Source of the DNA: Chthoniobacterales bacterium
GTDB taxonomy: Bacteria; Verrucomicrobiota; Verrucomicrobiia; Chthoniobacterales; UBA10450
Reading direction: 5' to 3'
NCBI GenBank assembly: GCA_965218705.1
Contig: OZ244652.1
Coordinates: 192,327-256,326 of the forward strand
DNA: 64,000 nucleotides
The notes under the pieces were generated by a model. It was not told where the DNA came from. It did not search any database and worked only from the letters and a program-made list of their open reading frames with translations. Each line of letters opens with the position of its first letter. The stretch's first letter is position 1. This document shows positions 1-9,951 of this stretch, in pieces. The position numbers and the translations under genes are program-made.

Positions 1-276
1 TTTTTTTGCGCTACTCAGAGAAGAACGGCCTCAGAGTGAAGCGAGTTGTCTCGATCATCGCAGTGTGTTCCGTAAATATGGCAGAAAAATCATTTTTGGG
101 CGGCGCATGCTATCCATGACATTGTCGCGCCAGTGATCCGCCAAACACGCAGAAAAGGATGCGCGCAGAGGAGAAAAAATAGCTGGAGCGCGTAGACCAC
201 GCGGATCAAAGCCGCGTGAGTTGCGGCTCCCGGTCATGAAAAACAAAGAGTGTCTGCCTTCGGCGGTCTCGGGCGA

Positions 277-873
277 TTATCGCACCCACCAAGGGGCCGG
301 CGCGTAGCGGCGAGAGTCGTTAGGCGAATATTCTGGGCGCGAGCGCTGTTGCAGGCGCGCTTCTCCCATTTCCCGACCGCGCGGGGTGCGACCAAACACC
401 GTCACCAGCGTTCCCACCTCGACGGCCTTGAAAAAGGCGATCGCCTTTTGCTCCGGCAGGCGCACACAGCCGTGCGACGCAGGATAGCCCGGCAGGTAGC
501 CGGCATGCATGCCGATCGCGTTATCGAACCGCACAAAATAACGCATCGGAGCGGGCACAAATCTCCCGCCGCGCGGCACTTTCATATCGGAATCGGCGTC
601 GGCCACGATGGTGTTGCCGCGCGCATCCTCGATCCGGCCGTAGAGAGTGGAGAAGTGGTTGCGCTCTTTTTCCATGACCCGGAATGAACCGGTGTCCGTG
701 AGATGCCCGTAACGGCCGGAGCAGATCGGGGTGGAGAGAACGGCGCGGCCGTTTCGGATGAGATAGGCTTTCTGATCCCGCAGGTCGATCTCGATCGAGG
801 TCAAGGGCGTCCCGGCAAAAACCGAAGCGGCGGTCAAGACCGCGACAAAAGGAAGGAAAGAAGCGCGCAGCAT
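277..873 (-). CDS. L,D-transpeptidase (YkuD fold), secreted
   Basis: 198-aa ORF with a hydrophobic N-terminal signal-like segment and the catalytic ASHGCVRLP (His-Gly-Cys) motif of YkuD-type L,D-transpeptidases. Confidence 0.85.
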   Translation of the reverse strand: MLRASFLPFVAVLTAASVFAGTPLTSIEIDLRDQKAYLIRNGRAVLSTPICSGRYGHLTDTGSFRVMEKERNHFSTLYGRIEDARGNTIVADADSDMKVPRGGRFVPAPMRYFVRFDNAIGMHAGYLPGYPASHGCVRLPEQKAIAFFKAVEVGTLVTVFGRTPRGREMGEARLQQRSRPEYSPNDSRRYAPAPWWVR

Positions 874-965
874 AAAGAAACAAAATTAGCCGAAACTCGT
901 GAAGCATCTCTTCGACGGGGCGGAGAGCGAAGATATTCAGAATTGCGGCGCGGCGGCTGACCGCG

Positions 966-1354
966 CTAGGGCGGTTTAGGTGAAACGGGTAGGGTGGGCG
1001 TCTCGCCCGCCGGCAAAGGCATCTTGCCTTTGCGAACTTTTATCCCGCTGCGCACTCAAAAAAAGATTGTTTCGGCAAGGTATTTGTTTAGCGCCGAGCT
1101 CGCGCCTAAAGCTGAGCGAAGGAGGCGAGGCGCTGGAGGGACGACCGCCGTGTCGTCCGGGTGTGATGAAACACGGACGGGACAGCGCCCGTCCCTCCAA
1201 AAGGAGCCAATGACGCTAAACAGCTACTCGGCAAGATGCCGCCGTAACGCAGGGCGGGAGCCCGAGGCCGGGCTTTAAAACCGGCGGGCGAGACGCCCAC
1301 CCTACCCGAGGGTTCCCGCCCGCGCGGCTATGACTTTTTTTAAACCGCCCTAAC
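966..1354. repeat. Non-coding element (~390 bp) bounded by inverted repeats, MITE/REP-cluster-like
   Basis: tagggcggttta (967-978) pairs with taaaccgcccta (1341-1352). gggtagggtgggcgtctcgcccgccgg (988-1014) pairs with its reverse complement at 1280-1306. An inner hairpin unit, ctggagggacg...cgtccctccaa (1133-1200), recurs at 32918-33005. Confidence 0.7.
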
Positions 1355-1356
1355 TC

Positions 1357-1821
1357 TCAGCTGCGAGCCGGAGGGGTTGTGGCTACGAGCAGCCCGGCGA
1401 GGAAAATAGTCACGGCGGCGGAGAACAGGCAATAGCGGCAGTATTGGTGCAGGACAAATGTCTGCAGGTAGATAAACCAAAGGCTGGCGAGAAACATGAG
1501 GGTGACCGTAAGATTAAGAAGCAGGCGGGCGCGCCTGCCACCAAAAGCAGCGAAGACTGCGCTGCTAAAAACGGTGAAATAAGCGAGCAGCCCGAGCCCC
1601 GCGACGGGGATCGGGCCGAGATGAGAGTATTTGCTCGAGAGAACCTGCGAGCAACTAGCCGAGCCGCCACAGATGGCGGCCTGCCCGGTGAGATCGAGGA
1701 CGGTGAGGTAAAGAGCGTCGGCTACTCCGAGAAGGGCGAGGAAAGCAGCCAGCGAATAAACGATGGTGCTCGCGTCTGGCCGGGAGGAGGCAAGGGCTGG
1801 TTGTTTTTGTCGCCGCGCCAT
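1357..1821 (-). CDS. Vitamin K epoxide reductase (VKOR) family membrane protein
   Basis: 154 aa, about 4 TM segments, a loop Cys pair (CGGSASC), an SKYS motif and a CRYC (CxxC) motif in the last TM. The 4-nt overlap with the upstream DsbA-like gene suggests coupling. Confidence 0.8.
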   Translation of the reverse strand: MARRQKQPALASSRPDASTIVYSLAAFLALLGVADALYLTVLDLTGQAAICGGSASCSQVLSSKYSHLGPIPVAGLGLLAYFTVFSSAVFAAFGGRRARLLLNLTVTLMFLASLWFIYLQTFVLHQYCRYCLFSAAVTIFLAGLLVATTPPARS

Positions 1822-2486
1822 TATGGTTGTGCCGGGATTTCGGCCAGCGCAGCCTCAACCGCGGTGCGCACGCCGGCCTTGCCCAGCGCGCGGCCGGTCA
1901 AAGATTTGCCATTGACGAAAATCGTCGGCGTCACCGTGACCCCGAGTTTGGCGGCCCGGTTTTGGTCCGACGCGAGGCGCTCTTTCACTTCCGTGCTGTG
2001 CATGGCCTGACGAAACTTTTCCGGATCGAGCCCGAGGGTTTTGGCATATCCGACAAATAATCCAGCCGGCGCCGCTGCTTTGCTCCAGACTTCCTGTTGC
2101 CGATAGAGCAGGTCGTGCATCTCCCAGAAGCGATTCTGCAAACCCGCCGCTTCGGCGGCTTGGGCGGCGGGCCGGGCGTTAGGATGGATGGAGAGGGGGT
2201 AATGGCGGAAGATAATTTTCACTTTGCCCGCAAAATCGTGCTCAATCTGATTCAGCGGCTCCGACAACTGGCCACAGGGCGGGCATTGGAAATCGCCGAA
2301 CTCCTCGATCGTAATCGGCGCCCGGGCCGCGCCGCGCATATGCGCCAAGGAGGGATTGCCGGGCTCCGTCGCGCCCGAGGTCGCCGTCAGTGACGGAGCT
2401 TTCATCGCCTGGTAAAGAACCACCCCCACGGCCGTCGTGATGAGACCAACGGTGGCGACGATCAGGAGCGGCAGCCAGCGTTTCAT
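1821..2486 (-). CDS. DsbA-family thiol:disulfide oxidoreductase (thioredoxin fold)
   Basis: 221 aa with an N-terminal TM/signal segment and a CPPC active-site motif (FGDFQCPPCG). Sits next to VKOR. Confidence 0.85.
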   Translation of the reverse strand: MKRWLPLLIVATVGLITTAVGVVLYQAMKAPSLTATSGATEPGNPSLAHMRGAARAPITIEEFGDFQCPPCGQLSEPLNQIEHDFAGKVKIIFRHYPLSIHPNARPAAQAAEAAGLQNRFWEMHDLLYRQQEVWSKAAAPAGLFVGYAKTLGLDPEKFRQAMHSTEVKERLASDQNRAAKLGVTVTPTIFVNGKSLTGRALGKAGVRTAVEAALAEIPAQP

Positions 2487-2599
2487 GGGCCAATTAAGTA
2501 GACGGAAGTGCTGTCGCCTTCAAGGCTCAGGTTTTTTTGATCGGACGGATCGTCCCGCCCGATTTGCCAAGGGGAGTCAGGCGCTGCAATCTCTCCACC

Positions 2600-3220
2600 A
2601 TGCGCCACAACTTCCTTAGCGTTACCCGTCGCATTTCACAGTTTAGTTTCCCCGGCGCACGGCCCTTGATCGCCGCCTCCTTCCTCGCTGCGAGTTTGCT
2701 TGGGCCCGCCGCTTGTGATCAGAGCACGGTGAAACGAACGGCCCTCCCCCCGGGAGAAACGCCTGCCGCCCCCGGCGATCTCTGTGCGCTGCTCAGAGCC
2801 GAAGAGCTGGAACGTATTTTCGGCGAAAAGCCCGCTAAGACCACAAAGAGCGAGAACATCAGTAGCGGTTTCCTCATTTCGCAGTGCGTTTTTCATTTTT
2901 CTACCCCCAGCAATTCCATTGTCGTCTCGGTGACCCGTCGCGCGTCGGGGCCGGGCGGTCGTGACCCCCGAGCGTTTCTGCAAGGGAAGATCGAAGAGCG
3001 CGAGCGGGGCGAAGGGGGAGAGAATGAATCTGAGAAGCCGCTCGATTTCGTCCCGGACGTGGGCGACAGGGCGATCTGGATAGGGACCTCGGTGGGCGGC
3101 ACCTTTTACGTGTTGAAGGACCATCTCTACCTGCAAATCGGCGTAGGCACGACCAAAGACCCCGCCAGCCGACGAGAGAAAACAATTGAGCTGGGCAAGC
3201 TGATAGCGGCCAGGCTGTAG
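2600..3220 (+). CDS. Hypothetical lipoprotein
   Basis: The ORF track frame starts at 2537. The internal Met at 2600 gives a signal peptide with a lipobox-like LLGPAAC. No recognisable domain. Confidence 0.5.
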   Translation: MRHNFLSVTRRISQFSFPGARPLIAASFLAASLLGPAACDQSTVKRTALPPGETPAAPGDLCALLRAEELERIFGEKPAKTTKSENISSGFLISQCVFHFSTPSNSIVVSVTRRASGPGGRDPRAFLQGKIEERERGEGGENESEKPLDFVPDVGDRAIWIGTSVGGTFYVLKDHLYLQIGVGTTKDPASRREKTIELGKLIAARL

Positions 3221-3383
3221 GCGAAAAAAGAACTAAGAAGGCCTCGCGCCAACGGGCCGTTATCCTCCCCCCTGGCACGGTTCCAAGACAGAGAGAGTGC
3301 GCCTTTGTGGCAACTGGATAAACCACAACGCGCTCGCTCCGTTTCCAGAGCGAGCGCGTAGGCAAGAGCCAAGAGGGCTTGGG

Positions 3384-6300
3384 CTAAGGCAGGGCCGTGC
3401 CGGATTTGGATTTCACCAAGCCGATGTCAGCGCTGTTGAGCGTCCCGTCGACGGTCACGTCGTTGCGGAAGTTTCCGCTGTCCACTACCTGGCCAGATCG
3501 CGATTTAGTCTGGCCGATATCGGCTGAATTGACCGAGCCATCGATCGTAGTGTCGCCGAGAAGCACATCCATCGGGGCGGCCAGCGCACCGAGAGTGGTA
3601 CCTCCGGCAATCGCCCCATTAAGGGTCACGATGACGTGCTCCGCGTTTGGTATCCCGGAGAGGGTGACAATGACCTGGGTCGGATCGCTCCCGTCCACCG
3701 CCGCAGTCCCGCTCCCCGAGGGCGAGACACTGACTGTGCCGGCATTAGTGACGGTCGCGCCGAGACTGTAGACCAAGGTATGCGTGCCGCCCCGCGGTTC
3801 GACCGCCGCCGTGACGGCAGACGGCAGACTTCCGCCTTTTCGGCGCTTTCCACCGCCCCGACTGGGTGCGGGCGGCGGAGGCTGAGGAACCAGCGTGATA
3901 TCGAAAACGCCCGCCGAGCCATGAGTCCGACGAGAGACGACAGTGAACAATCCACAGGCGGTGTTGTTATCCACCACGGTATAGCCTCCGGCGAAGGCCA
4001 GACTGTCTGGCGCCTGATCGTAGAGCGCTGTCGCAGCGACGCCGACTCCCACTGGGTCCGTGGTCTGCGACGTAGCCGACAGGAAACCGGTGATGACGCT
4101 TCCAACCGGCAAATCCAAATCGCTTGCCTTCACGATAATGGTGATGGTCCCGGAAGGTCCATCGTAGTTGCTGCCAGGTTCGGCTGGTTTCTCCGAGCCG
4201 GACTCGACAAAACGTCCATCAACTCCACCCGAATTGTTCGGGCTCGGAGTGTATGACTCAAACGTTTCGTTGGGCTTATAGGCCATCCGAACAGCGCGAT
4301 AATAAACCGTCTCCACCGCCGTGGTGGTCGGATCGTCGCCGTTAATCTTCATCGCGACATAGGCAGCGAATCCTGGTGCTTCCGTGTCGGTCGCGTTGGG
4401 ATCGGTCTTGATCGTAAAGACCAAGCGCGGAACGCCATCGTTTTGATACGGCTGCGCCAGTTGGATGGTGGCCAGGTCGGCTCCCGGAGGGGCTGGGGTC
4501 GTAACGATGCCTAGAGCGGAGCTGGTATCGCCGAGAGGATCGACCAAAAGAGTGACCCCGGGAACATCGCAGGGGCTCGCCACCGGCGGCGGGATAACGA
4601 TCTGGAGGTCGATCTCATTACTGAGCGGACCTTCACCTTGACCATTCACGGCCAAGACCCGGTAGAAGAGATCAGGATCGTTCGGCGGATTCTGATCTCG
4701 GTAGTTGGTGCTCGCATCAGCAGTCTGGCCGATGAAGACTTCATTGCCAGCCGTGTTACTGCGATAAATTTTGTAAAAGATGATGTCCGCCCCCCCGTTA
4801 TCGGGTGCTCTCCAATTCAGAATGACCTCGGAAGGACTGCGGGTGCCGGAGAGGCACGGTGGCTTGGGCAGGACCGGTTCGGCTGGATTTGGGTCGAATT
4901 GGCTGAAGAGCGGTTTGCCCCCGAACTGCCGCGCGACCCGCATGAAGGCGGTGTAGTCGTTAGGCGCGGTGCCATTGACGCAGCCGTCACTAGTGCAACC
5001 ATCGCTGTAGCCGTAAAGAACCCGACCTTTGGCATCGACCGTGATTTCATTAAAATCGAGCAAGTTGCGATCGCGTTCGCCGCCGCCTTTCTGCCAGATG
5101 CCGGTCATTTTCTGAATCGGATCGTTGGGCGTGGCATTGACGGTGACCCAAGTGCGGCCTTCATCGTAGGTGGTAGCGATAAACGAGTACCAATTGCCGG
5201 AGAAATCCTCCGCTTCATAATCACCGGGTTTATTCGTCCCGAAGAACCCGCAAGCGGCGCGACCCGAGGTGCCGCCGATGGCTTCGGGATGAGCGGCATT
5301 GATGATTCCGTGGCCGATGCCGACATCGACGTCACGAATCCAGTTGATCTTCGTGGGATCAGTCAGGTCGTTTCTTTTGCCGACCGCTACGTGCACGTGG
5401 CCTTCATTTCCGTTGGCCTCGTTATTGACATAGCAGAAGTAGGCAGTGCTGTCGGAGTCGAGCGCGATCGAAGGATCGGCGCCATCGGCTTGCGGAGTCG
5501 TGGTGAACGGCTGTCCGTTGATGTCATTCGTCCCACTGACCGAAAATTCCGTCCATATTGTCGTGCTTGCATCCAAGGTGATCGCGCCGCCTTGTTTGTC
5601 AGTGCAGGACTTATCGGGCAACCAGGCGGTTCCATCAGGAGCCACGCGGACGTGGCCATGCAAGCCACCGCAACCTTGGGAATTGTTTGCACCCGGTCCG
5701 GTCGCGACTACGCCGGGTCCGTAAAGACTGCCCAGGGTATCGCTTCGTTGGCAGTTGGCTCCCAGCAGATCTTGGGAGCAATAGAGGACATATTGGCCTT
5801 GATTGAGAGGTGTGGTGAGACTCGCCAAGGATGCGGGATATGGTCCGGTTCCAATCGTCTGATGGTCCGCTCCGTCCACGGGCGCTGCGCTGACTGGATT
5901 CCAGAACTCGCCATCGTCGTCAGTGTAGGCGTAGATACCAGAGGCGCCCTGAGTCGAGTTTGAGGCGAAGGTCCGCCCTGTAACTTGATCAGTAAAAAGG
6001 ATCGGATCGAGCCCAGTGTCCGTGACAGTGGAGGAACGATCCTGCCAGAGAGCCTCACAACATTCGGGCTGTGCGGGAGTCAGATTCTCCGGAGTGGTCA
6101 GGCGCCAGATCGGACCGAAATTCATGGTCATGATATGGCCAGTAGCCGGATTGAAGCCGATGTTGAACTCGCCGCTGCTGGCCTGTGCTGAGGTGCCGGC
6201 AGGCGCATAAAAGTTTTGATATCGGGGATTGCCCGGGACGGTCGGATCTGCATCACCGAAAGGAGGTGGCGGCGTCCCACCACCACCGCCGCCGTCGGCA

Positions 6301-6902
6301 CCTTCCAAGAGCTCGACGCTGACGTTAACGATTTCGCCGGTCGCGGTGTAGGGCACGATAACGATGGTGTATTTCTGCGTTCCCGCTACTAGCGGAAAGA
6401 TGCTGGCGATTTCAGGATTCGCGCCGCTGGCCGACTGATAGTTCGCGGTCTGCGTGCCGTCGGTCTCGGTGCAATCGTCGGGGTTGCAATCGGACCGAGG
6501 ATTTTTGAAAACGTAAAGATCGTAATCCGAATTGCCGCTACCGGTATCAGTCCACGAAGCGGTCACCTTGATTGAAGCGTTTGGATGAGCGGCGACATAG
6601 CCGGAGGAGATGTTGGCGGTGAGCGCATAGTCGTCACAAGGCTGTGCTTGTTTGCCCCCCGGAACTCCCGCCGCATGGCACTCCGGACCACTGTCGACTT
6701 CGATCACCGGCGTCGGATTGGAAACATTAAACGGGCCGGCGGTGTAACTAAGGGATGTCGCCCCAGTGTCGGAGATTGTCCCGAGCGCTGGCTTAGCGGC
6801 AAAACTAAACATGGCGAGCCAAGCGCCTGCGGAGCAAAGCAGAAAGGCGCAAAAGATGCGTGGATTGAAGAAGCCGGATTCGGAGACGCGATATTTGTGC
6901 AT
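3384..6902 (-). CDS. Large secreted multidomain protein (Asp-box/BNR-like core, FN3, C-terminal dockerin-like repeats)
   Basis: 1172 aa with an N-terminal signal/TM. DYDLYVF resembles a PPC-like motif and YDEGRTW an Asp-box. An FN3-like segment is present (VILNWRAPDNGG...FYRVLAVNGQGEGPLS). The C-terminus carries two dockerin-type repeats, DTTIDGSVNSADIG and DVTVDGTLNSADIG. Confidence 0.7.
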   Translation of the reverse strand: MHKYRVSESGFFNPRIFCAFLLCSAGAWLAMFSFAAKPALGTISDTGATSLSYTAGPFNVSNPTPVIEVDSGPECHAAGVPGGKQAQPCDDYALTANISSGYVAAHPNASIKVTASWTDTGSGNSDYDLYVFKNPRSDCNPDDCTETDGTQTANYQSASGANPEIASIFPLVAGTQKYTIVIVPYTATGEIVNVSVELLEGADGGGGGGTPPPPFGDADPTVPGNPRYQNFYAPAGTSAQASSGEFNIGFNPATGHIMTMNFGPIWRLTTPENLTPAQPECCEALWQDRSSTVTDTGLDPILFTDQVTGRTFASNSTQGASGIYAYTDDDGEFWNPVSAAPVDGADHQTIGTGPYPASLASLTTPLNQGQYVLYCSQDLLGANCQRSDTLGSLYGPGVVATGPGANNSQGCGGLHGHVRVAPDGTAWLPDKSCTDKQGGAITLDASTTIWTEFSVSGTNDINGQPFTTTPQADGADPSIALDSDSTAYFCYVNNEANGNEGHVHVAVGKRNDLTDPTKINWIRDVDVGIGHGIINAAHPEAIGGTSGRAACGFFGTNKPGDYEAEDFSGNWYSFIATTYDEGRTWVTVNATPNDPIQKMTGIWQKGGGERDRNLLDFNEITVDAKGRVLYGYSDGCTSDGCVNGTAPNDYTAFMRVARQFGGKPLFSQFDPNPAEPVLPKPPCLSGTRSPSEVILNWRAPDNGGADIIFYKIYRSNTAGNEVFIGQTADASTNYRDQNPPNDPDLFYRVLAVNGQGEGPLSNEIDLQIVIPPPVASPCDVPGVTLLVDPLGDTSSALGIVTTPAPPGADLATIQLAQPYQNDGVPRLVFTIKTDPNATDTEAPGFAAYVAMKINGDDPTTTAVETVYYRAVRMAYKPNETFESYTPSPNNSGGVDGRFVESGSEKPAEPGSNYDGPSGTITIIVKASDLDLPVGSVITGFLSATSQTTDPVGVGVAATALYDQAPDSLAFAGGYTVVDNNTACGLFTVVSRRTHGSAGVFDITLVPQPPPPAPSRGGGKRRKGGSLPSAVTAAVEPRGGTHTLVYSLGATVTNAGTVSVSPSGSGTAAVDGSDPTQVIVTLSGIPNAEHVIVTLNGAIAGGTTLGALAAPMDVLLGDTTIDGSVNSADIGQTKSRSGQVVDSGNFRNDVTVDGTLNSADIGLVKSKSGTALP

Positions 6903-7276
6903 AATTGGGAGTCTGTTTGTTAGATCAGGTTAAAGCAGCAGCGTTTTTACGGGATTATCTGCAGAAGATCGCGCAGTTAAGCGAAGTCGGCCGTAAAATT
7001 CAAGGCTTTTCAAAAAAGATTACAGAAAAGTTAGTTTCTGACGTGCGGTTTATCCCGACGCTTTCTTTCTCCGCCGGGCCGGTCCGAAGAGGTGCGTGCC
7101 CAGATGAAAAATTCTTCGAGTAGCGAAACCATCCAGGATCGATTTGTAGGGGAATATTGCTCGGAACCTAAAGCGCTGAGCTGAGTAAGGCCAAGGTTCA
7201 CCGCGGAGGACGCAGAGCACCCCGACAGATGTTGGTATCGTGCTTGTGCTCGAATCTGCAGGGGATTGAGCAAGAT

Positions 7277-7350
7277 CAGGAGCAGGAGCAGGAGCAGGAG
7301 TTAGTGAGAGTCCTAAAACCTCTGCGATCTCTGCGTCCTCTGCGGTAAAT
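7277..7350. repeat. REP-like elements: (CAGGAG)4 tract plus a CTCTGCG-type unit
   Basis: caggagcaggagcaggagcaggag at 7277-7300. aaaacctctgcgatctctgcgtcctctgcggtaaat at 7315-7350 is related to 8171-8208 and 13714-13737. Confidence 0.7.
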
Positions 7351-7376
7351 CAGCCCGGCGAGATCGCAGCTGCGAG

Positions 7377-7972
7377 CTATCGCACCCACCAAGGCGCCGG
7401 GTAGGAGGCGCGCGGGTCATTAGGCGGGAACGCCGGACGTTGCCGTTGTAAGCGTGCTTCGCCCAATTCCCGTCCGCGCGGCGTGCGGCCAAACGCCGTG
7501 ACTGGCGTACCGACCGCGACGGCATTGAAGATGGCGATCGCCTTCTGCTCCGGCAGCCGGACGCAGCCATGCGAAGCCGATAGCCAGGCAGGTAGCCGGC
7601 GTGCATGCCGATCGCGTTATTGAAGCGCACGAAATAACGCATCGGCGCGGGGACAAAGCGGCCGCCGCGCGGAACCTTCATGTCGGAATCCGCGTCGGCC
7701 ACAACCGTGTTGCCGCGCGCGTCCTCGATCCGGCCATAGAGGGTCGAGAAATGATTGCGTTCCTTTTCCATGACCTGGAAAGACCCCGTCGCAGTAAGAT
7801 GACCATAGCGGCCTGAAGAAATGGGAGTCGAAAGAACGGCGCGTCCGTTGCGAATGAGATAAGCTTTTTGTTCCTGGAGATCGATCTCGATTGAAGTCGG
7901 AGGAGTTTGAGCGAGAGCCGCGGTCACCAGCGCCGCCGAGGCGAGAAGGAAGAGAAACGCTTGCGCCATCAT
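7377..7972 (-). pseudogene. L,D-transpeptidase paralog with a 1-nt frameshift just before the catalytic HGC motif
   Basis: The N-terminal 130 aa align with the 277-873 product. At about 7579 one base is missing relative to that copy (GGCTATC-GGCTTCGCATGGCTGC). Restoring it gives GYPASHGCVRLPEQK... open to a stop at 7377, the same relative end as the paralog. Confidence 0.75.
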
Positions 7973-8090
7973 AAAAACCGAAATCTTTTTGACGCTTGGA
8001 GCAAGAAAATATTCGGCCGGCGAACAATGACCGCAGAGAGCGCAGACGACTGTAGAGAATCCCGGGCGGAGCGTTGTCGTCCTTATGCGC

Positions 8091-8208
8091 GTAGCCGGGG
8101 GACAGCGTCCTCGGCTACAGTCGCACGAGCACGAGCAGGATCGCGAACCCTGCTGCAAATATGACGATCTCCAACCTCTGCGATCTCGGCGCCCTCTGCG
8201 GTAAAATT
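8091..8208. repeat. Composite REP cluster
   Basis: A gtagccgggggacagcgtcctcggctac hairpin and a (GAGCAC/GAGCAG) tract are followed by ccaacctctgcgatctcggcgccctctgcggtaaaatt (8171-8208), in the same orientation as 7315-7350. Confidence 0.65.
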
Positions 8209-8299
8209 CTGGGACCGCCAGCGGATGACGGTCGCTTGACGTTGGGTGCACAACTCCGGGGCGCGCTCGGCCGGGGAGAGGGTCCCCGCTACAACGCTC

Positions 8300-9094
8300 T
8301 TAGACCGCGATCGGGGCTCTGATCGCGGGATGCGGGTCGTAGCCGGTGAGAGTAAAATCTTCGAACCGGAAGTCGTGGATATCGCGAATGGCCGGATTCA
8401 GCTCCATGCGTGGAAGTGGACGCGGCTCGCGCCTCAGCTGTTCGCGGGCCTGGTCGAGATGGTTTCGGTAGAGATGGAGATCGCCAAAGGTATGGACGAA
8501 ATCGCCGCTCGTTAGGCCACAGACCTGCGCGACCATCCGAGTGAGGAGCGCATAGCTGGCGATATTAAAGGGGACGCCCAGAAAGAGATCGGCGCTACGC
8601 TGGTAAAGCTGGCAACTGAGCGCGCCATCCTGTACGTGGAACTGGAAAAGCGCGTGGCAAGGGGGCAGGGCCATGGCATCGACTTCTGCCGGGTTCCAGG
8701 CGGTGACCATGAGGCGGCGGCTATTCGGGTTGGTCTTGATCTGTTCGATCACGCGCTCGATCTGGTCGATGTGTTCATCGTTAGGCCCGCGCCAGTCCCG
8801 CCATTGCGCGCCATAAACGCGGCCGAGGTTGCCCGCTTCGTCCGCCCATTCATTCCAGATCGTGACCCCGCGTTCCTGCAGGTAGCCGACATTGGTGTCC
8901 CCGCGCAGAAACCAAAGCAGCTCGTGAATGATCGATTTGAGATGCAGTTTTTTGGTCGTGAGGAGTGGGAAAGTATGCCGCAAATCGAAGCGCGCCTGTG
9001 CCCCGAAAATCGAAAGCGTGCCGGTGCCGGTGCGATCCTCTTTCGCCTGGCCCTTTTCGAGCACGAGCCGGAGAAGATCCTGGTATGGCTGCAT
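8300..9094 (-). CDS. thyA: Thymidylate synthase
   Basis: 264 aa with the canonical ThyA sequence (MQPYQDLLR..., [15 protein letters not shown]). Confidence 0.97.
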   Translation of the reverse strand: MQPYQDLLRLVLEKGQAKEDRTGTGTLSIFGAQARFDLRHTFPLLTTKKLHLKSIIHELLWFLRGDTNVGYLQERGVTIWNEWADEAGNLGRVYGAQWRDWRGPNDEHIDQIERVIEQIKTNPNSRRLMVTAWNPAEVDAMALPPCHALFQFHVQDGALSCQLYQRSADLFLGVPFNIASYALLTRMVAQVCGLTSGDFVHTFGDLHLYRNHLDQAREQLRREPRPLPRMELNPAIRDIHDFRFEDFTLTGYDPHPAIRAPIAV

Positions 9095-9127
9095 ATTACC
9101 GAAATCTCTCGATCCGAATCTTCTGTG

Positions 9128-9820
9128 CTACATGATGCGCCACTTGGGCGTCTTGCCATCAGTCTCGTTCTCCCAAAGCCGCAGACCTCCGGGGTAAACG
9201 TTGCGATTGTGGCCCAGCTCGACGCCCTCGGGCAGTTTCTCGAGCAGGCGCGCGTTTCCGCCCCCTAGGACGACATAATCGGCGATGACGGACATCTTCA
9301 GCTGCTTGATCGCGCGCGTTGTTTCCCGTTGCCAATCCTTCTTGCCCAGTTTCTCCATCCCTTCGTCCCCGAGCCAATCTTCGATAATCCAATCTTCCTG
9401 ATACGGGAGATCGCCCAGTTCGAGGGAAAGGACGTGACCCTTCCAGACTAGCGCGGAACCCAGCCCCGTTCCGAGACCCAGGAAAAGCATGCGCCCATCG
9501 CCGTGATAGCTGCCCAAGGCCTGGAGGGCAGCGTCGTTGATCAGGCGCACCGGTTTGCCGAGGGCCTTGGCGAAGTCGAATCCGGCCCAGTTTTTGCCGA
9601 GATGTTTTGGGTCTTTCGCGATCTTCCCGTCGCGGACGGGCGCGGGGATTCCCAGCGCGATGGCGTCAAAATCCCACTCTTTTGTCTCTTGCTTGATCTC
9701 AGTCACAGCTTCATCCGGGGTTAGCTTGGGACCGGACTTGAACTTGCGCCGCTTTTCCTCGGCGGAAATCATCATTTTAACGTTGGAACCGCCGACATCG
9801 ATGACGAGAATCTTCTTCAT
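9128..9820 (-). CDS. ROK-family sugar kinase, polyphosphate-glucokinase-like
   Basis: 230 aa with an N-terminal VIDVGGSNVK phosphate-1 motif, plus LINDAALQALG and LGLGTGLGSAL motifs. Lies immediately downstream of ppk. Confidence 0.7.
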   Translation of the reverse strand: MKKILVIDVGGSNVKMMISAEEKRRKFKSGPKLTPDEAVTEIKQETKEWDFDAIALGIPAPVRDGKIAKDPKHLGKNWAGFDFAKALGKPVRLINDAALQALGSYHGDGRMLFLGLGTGLGSALVWKGHVLSLELGDLPYQEDWIIEDWLGDEGMEKLGKKDWQRETTRAIKQLKMSVIADYVVLGGGNARLLEKLPEGVELGHNRNVYPGGLRLWENETDGKTPKWRIM

Positions 9821-9951
9821 TTGCGATCGTTAGGGAGATTGATCAATAAAATCGATTCAGAGTTTAACCACGGATTATGCGGATGGCACGGATTGAATGC
9901 CCGGCCCGCCTGATCGCGCCTGCTTTTTATCGGGGGTGAAGTTGGCTTTCG

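Noticed and set aside
976-1300. Four overlapping 64-94-aa ORFs on both strands
   Set aside because: They lie entirely within a nested inverted-repeat element and mirror each other, so they are translation artefacts of palindromic DNA.
4638-5963. 441-aa plus-strand ORF inside the giant secreted-protein gene
   Set aside because: It is antisense to a 1172-aa ORF with recognisable domains, its composition is Arg/Gly/Ala-rich and it has no motifs. This is the usual long antisense ORF of high-GC DNA.
7313-8251. 312-aa ORF as a bona fide CDS
   Set aside because: Its first 93 codons run through REP clusters. Its last ~115 codons are an out-of-frame reading of the L,D-transpeptidase catalytic domain. 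It is better described as a frameshifted paralog at 7377-7972.
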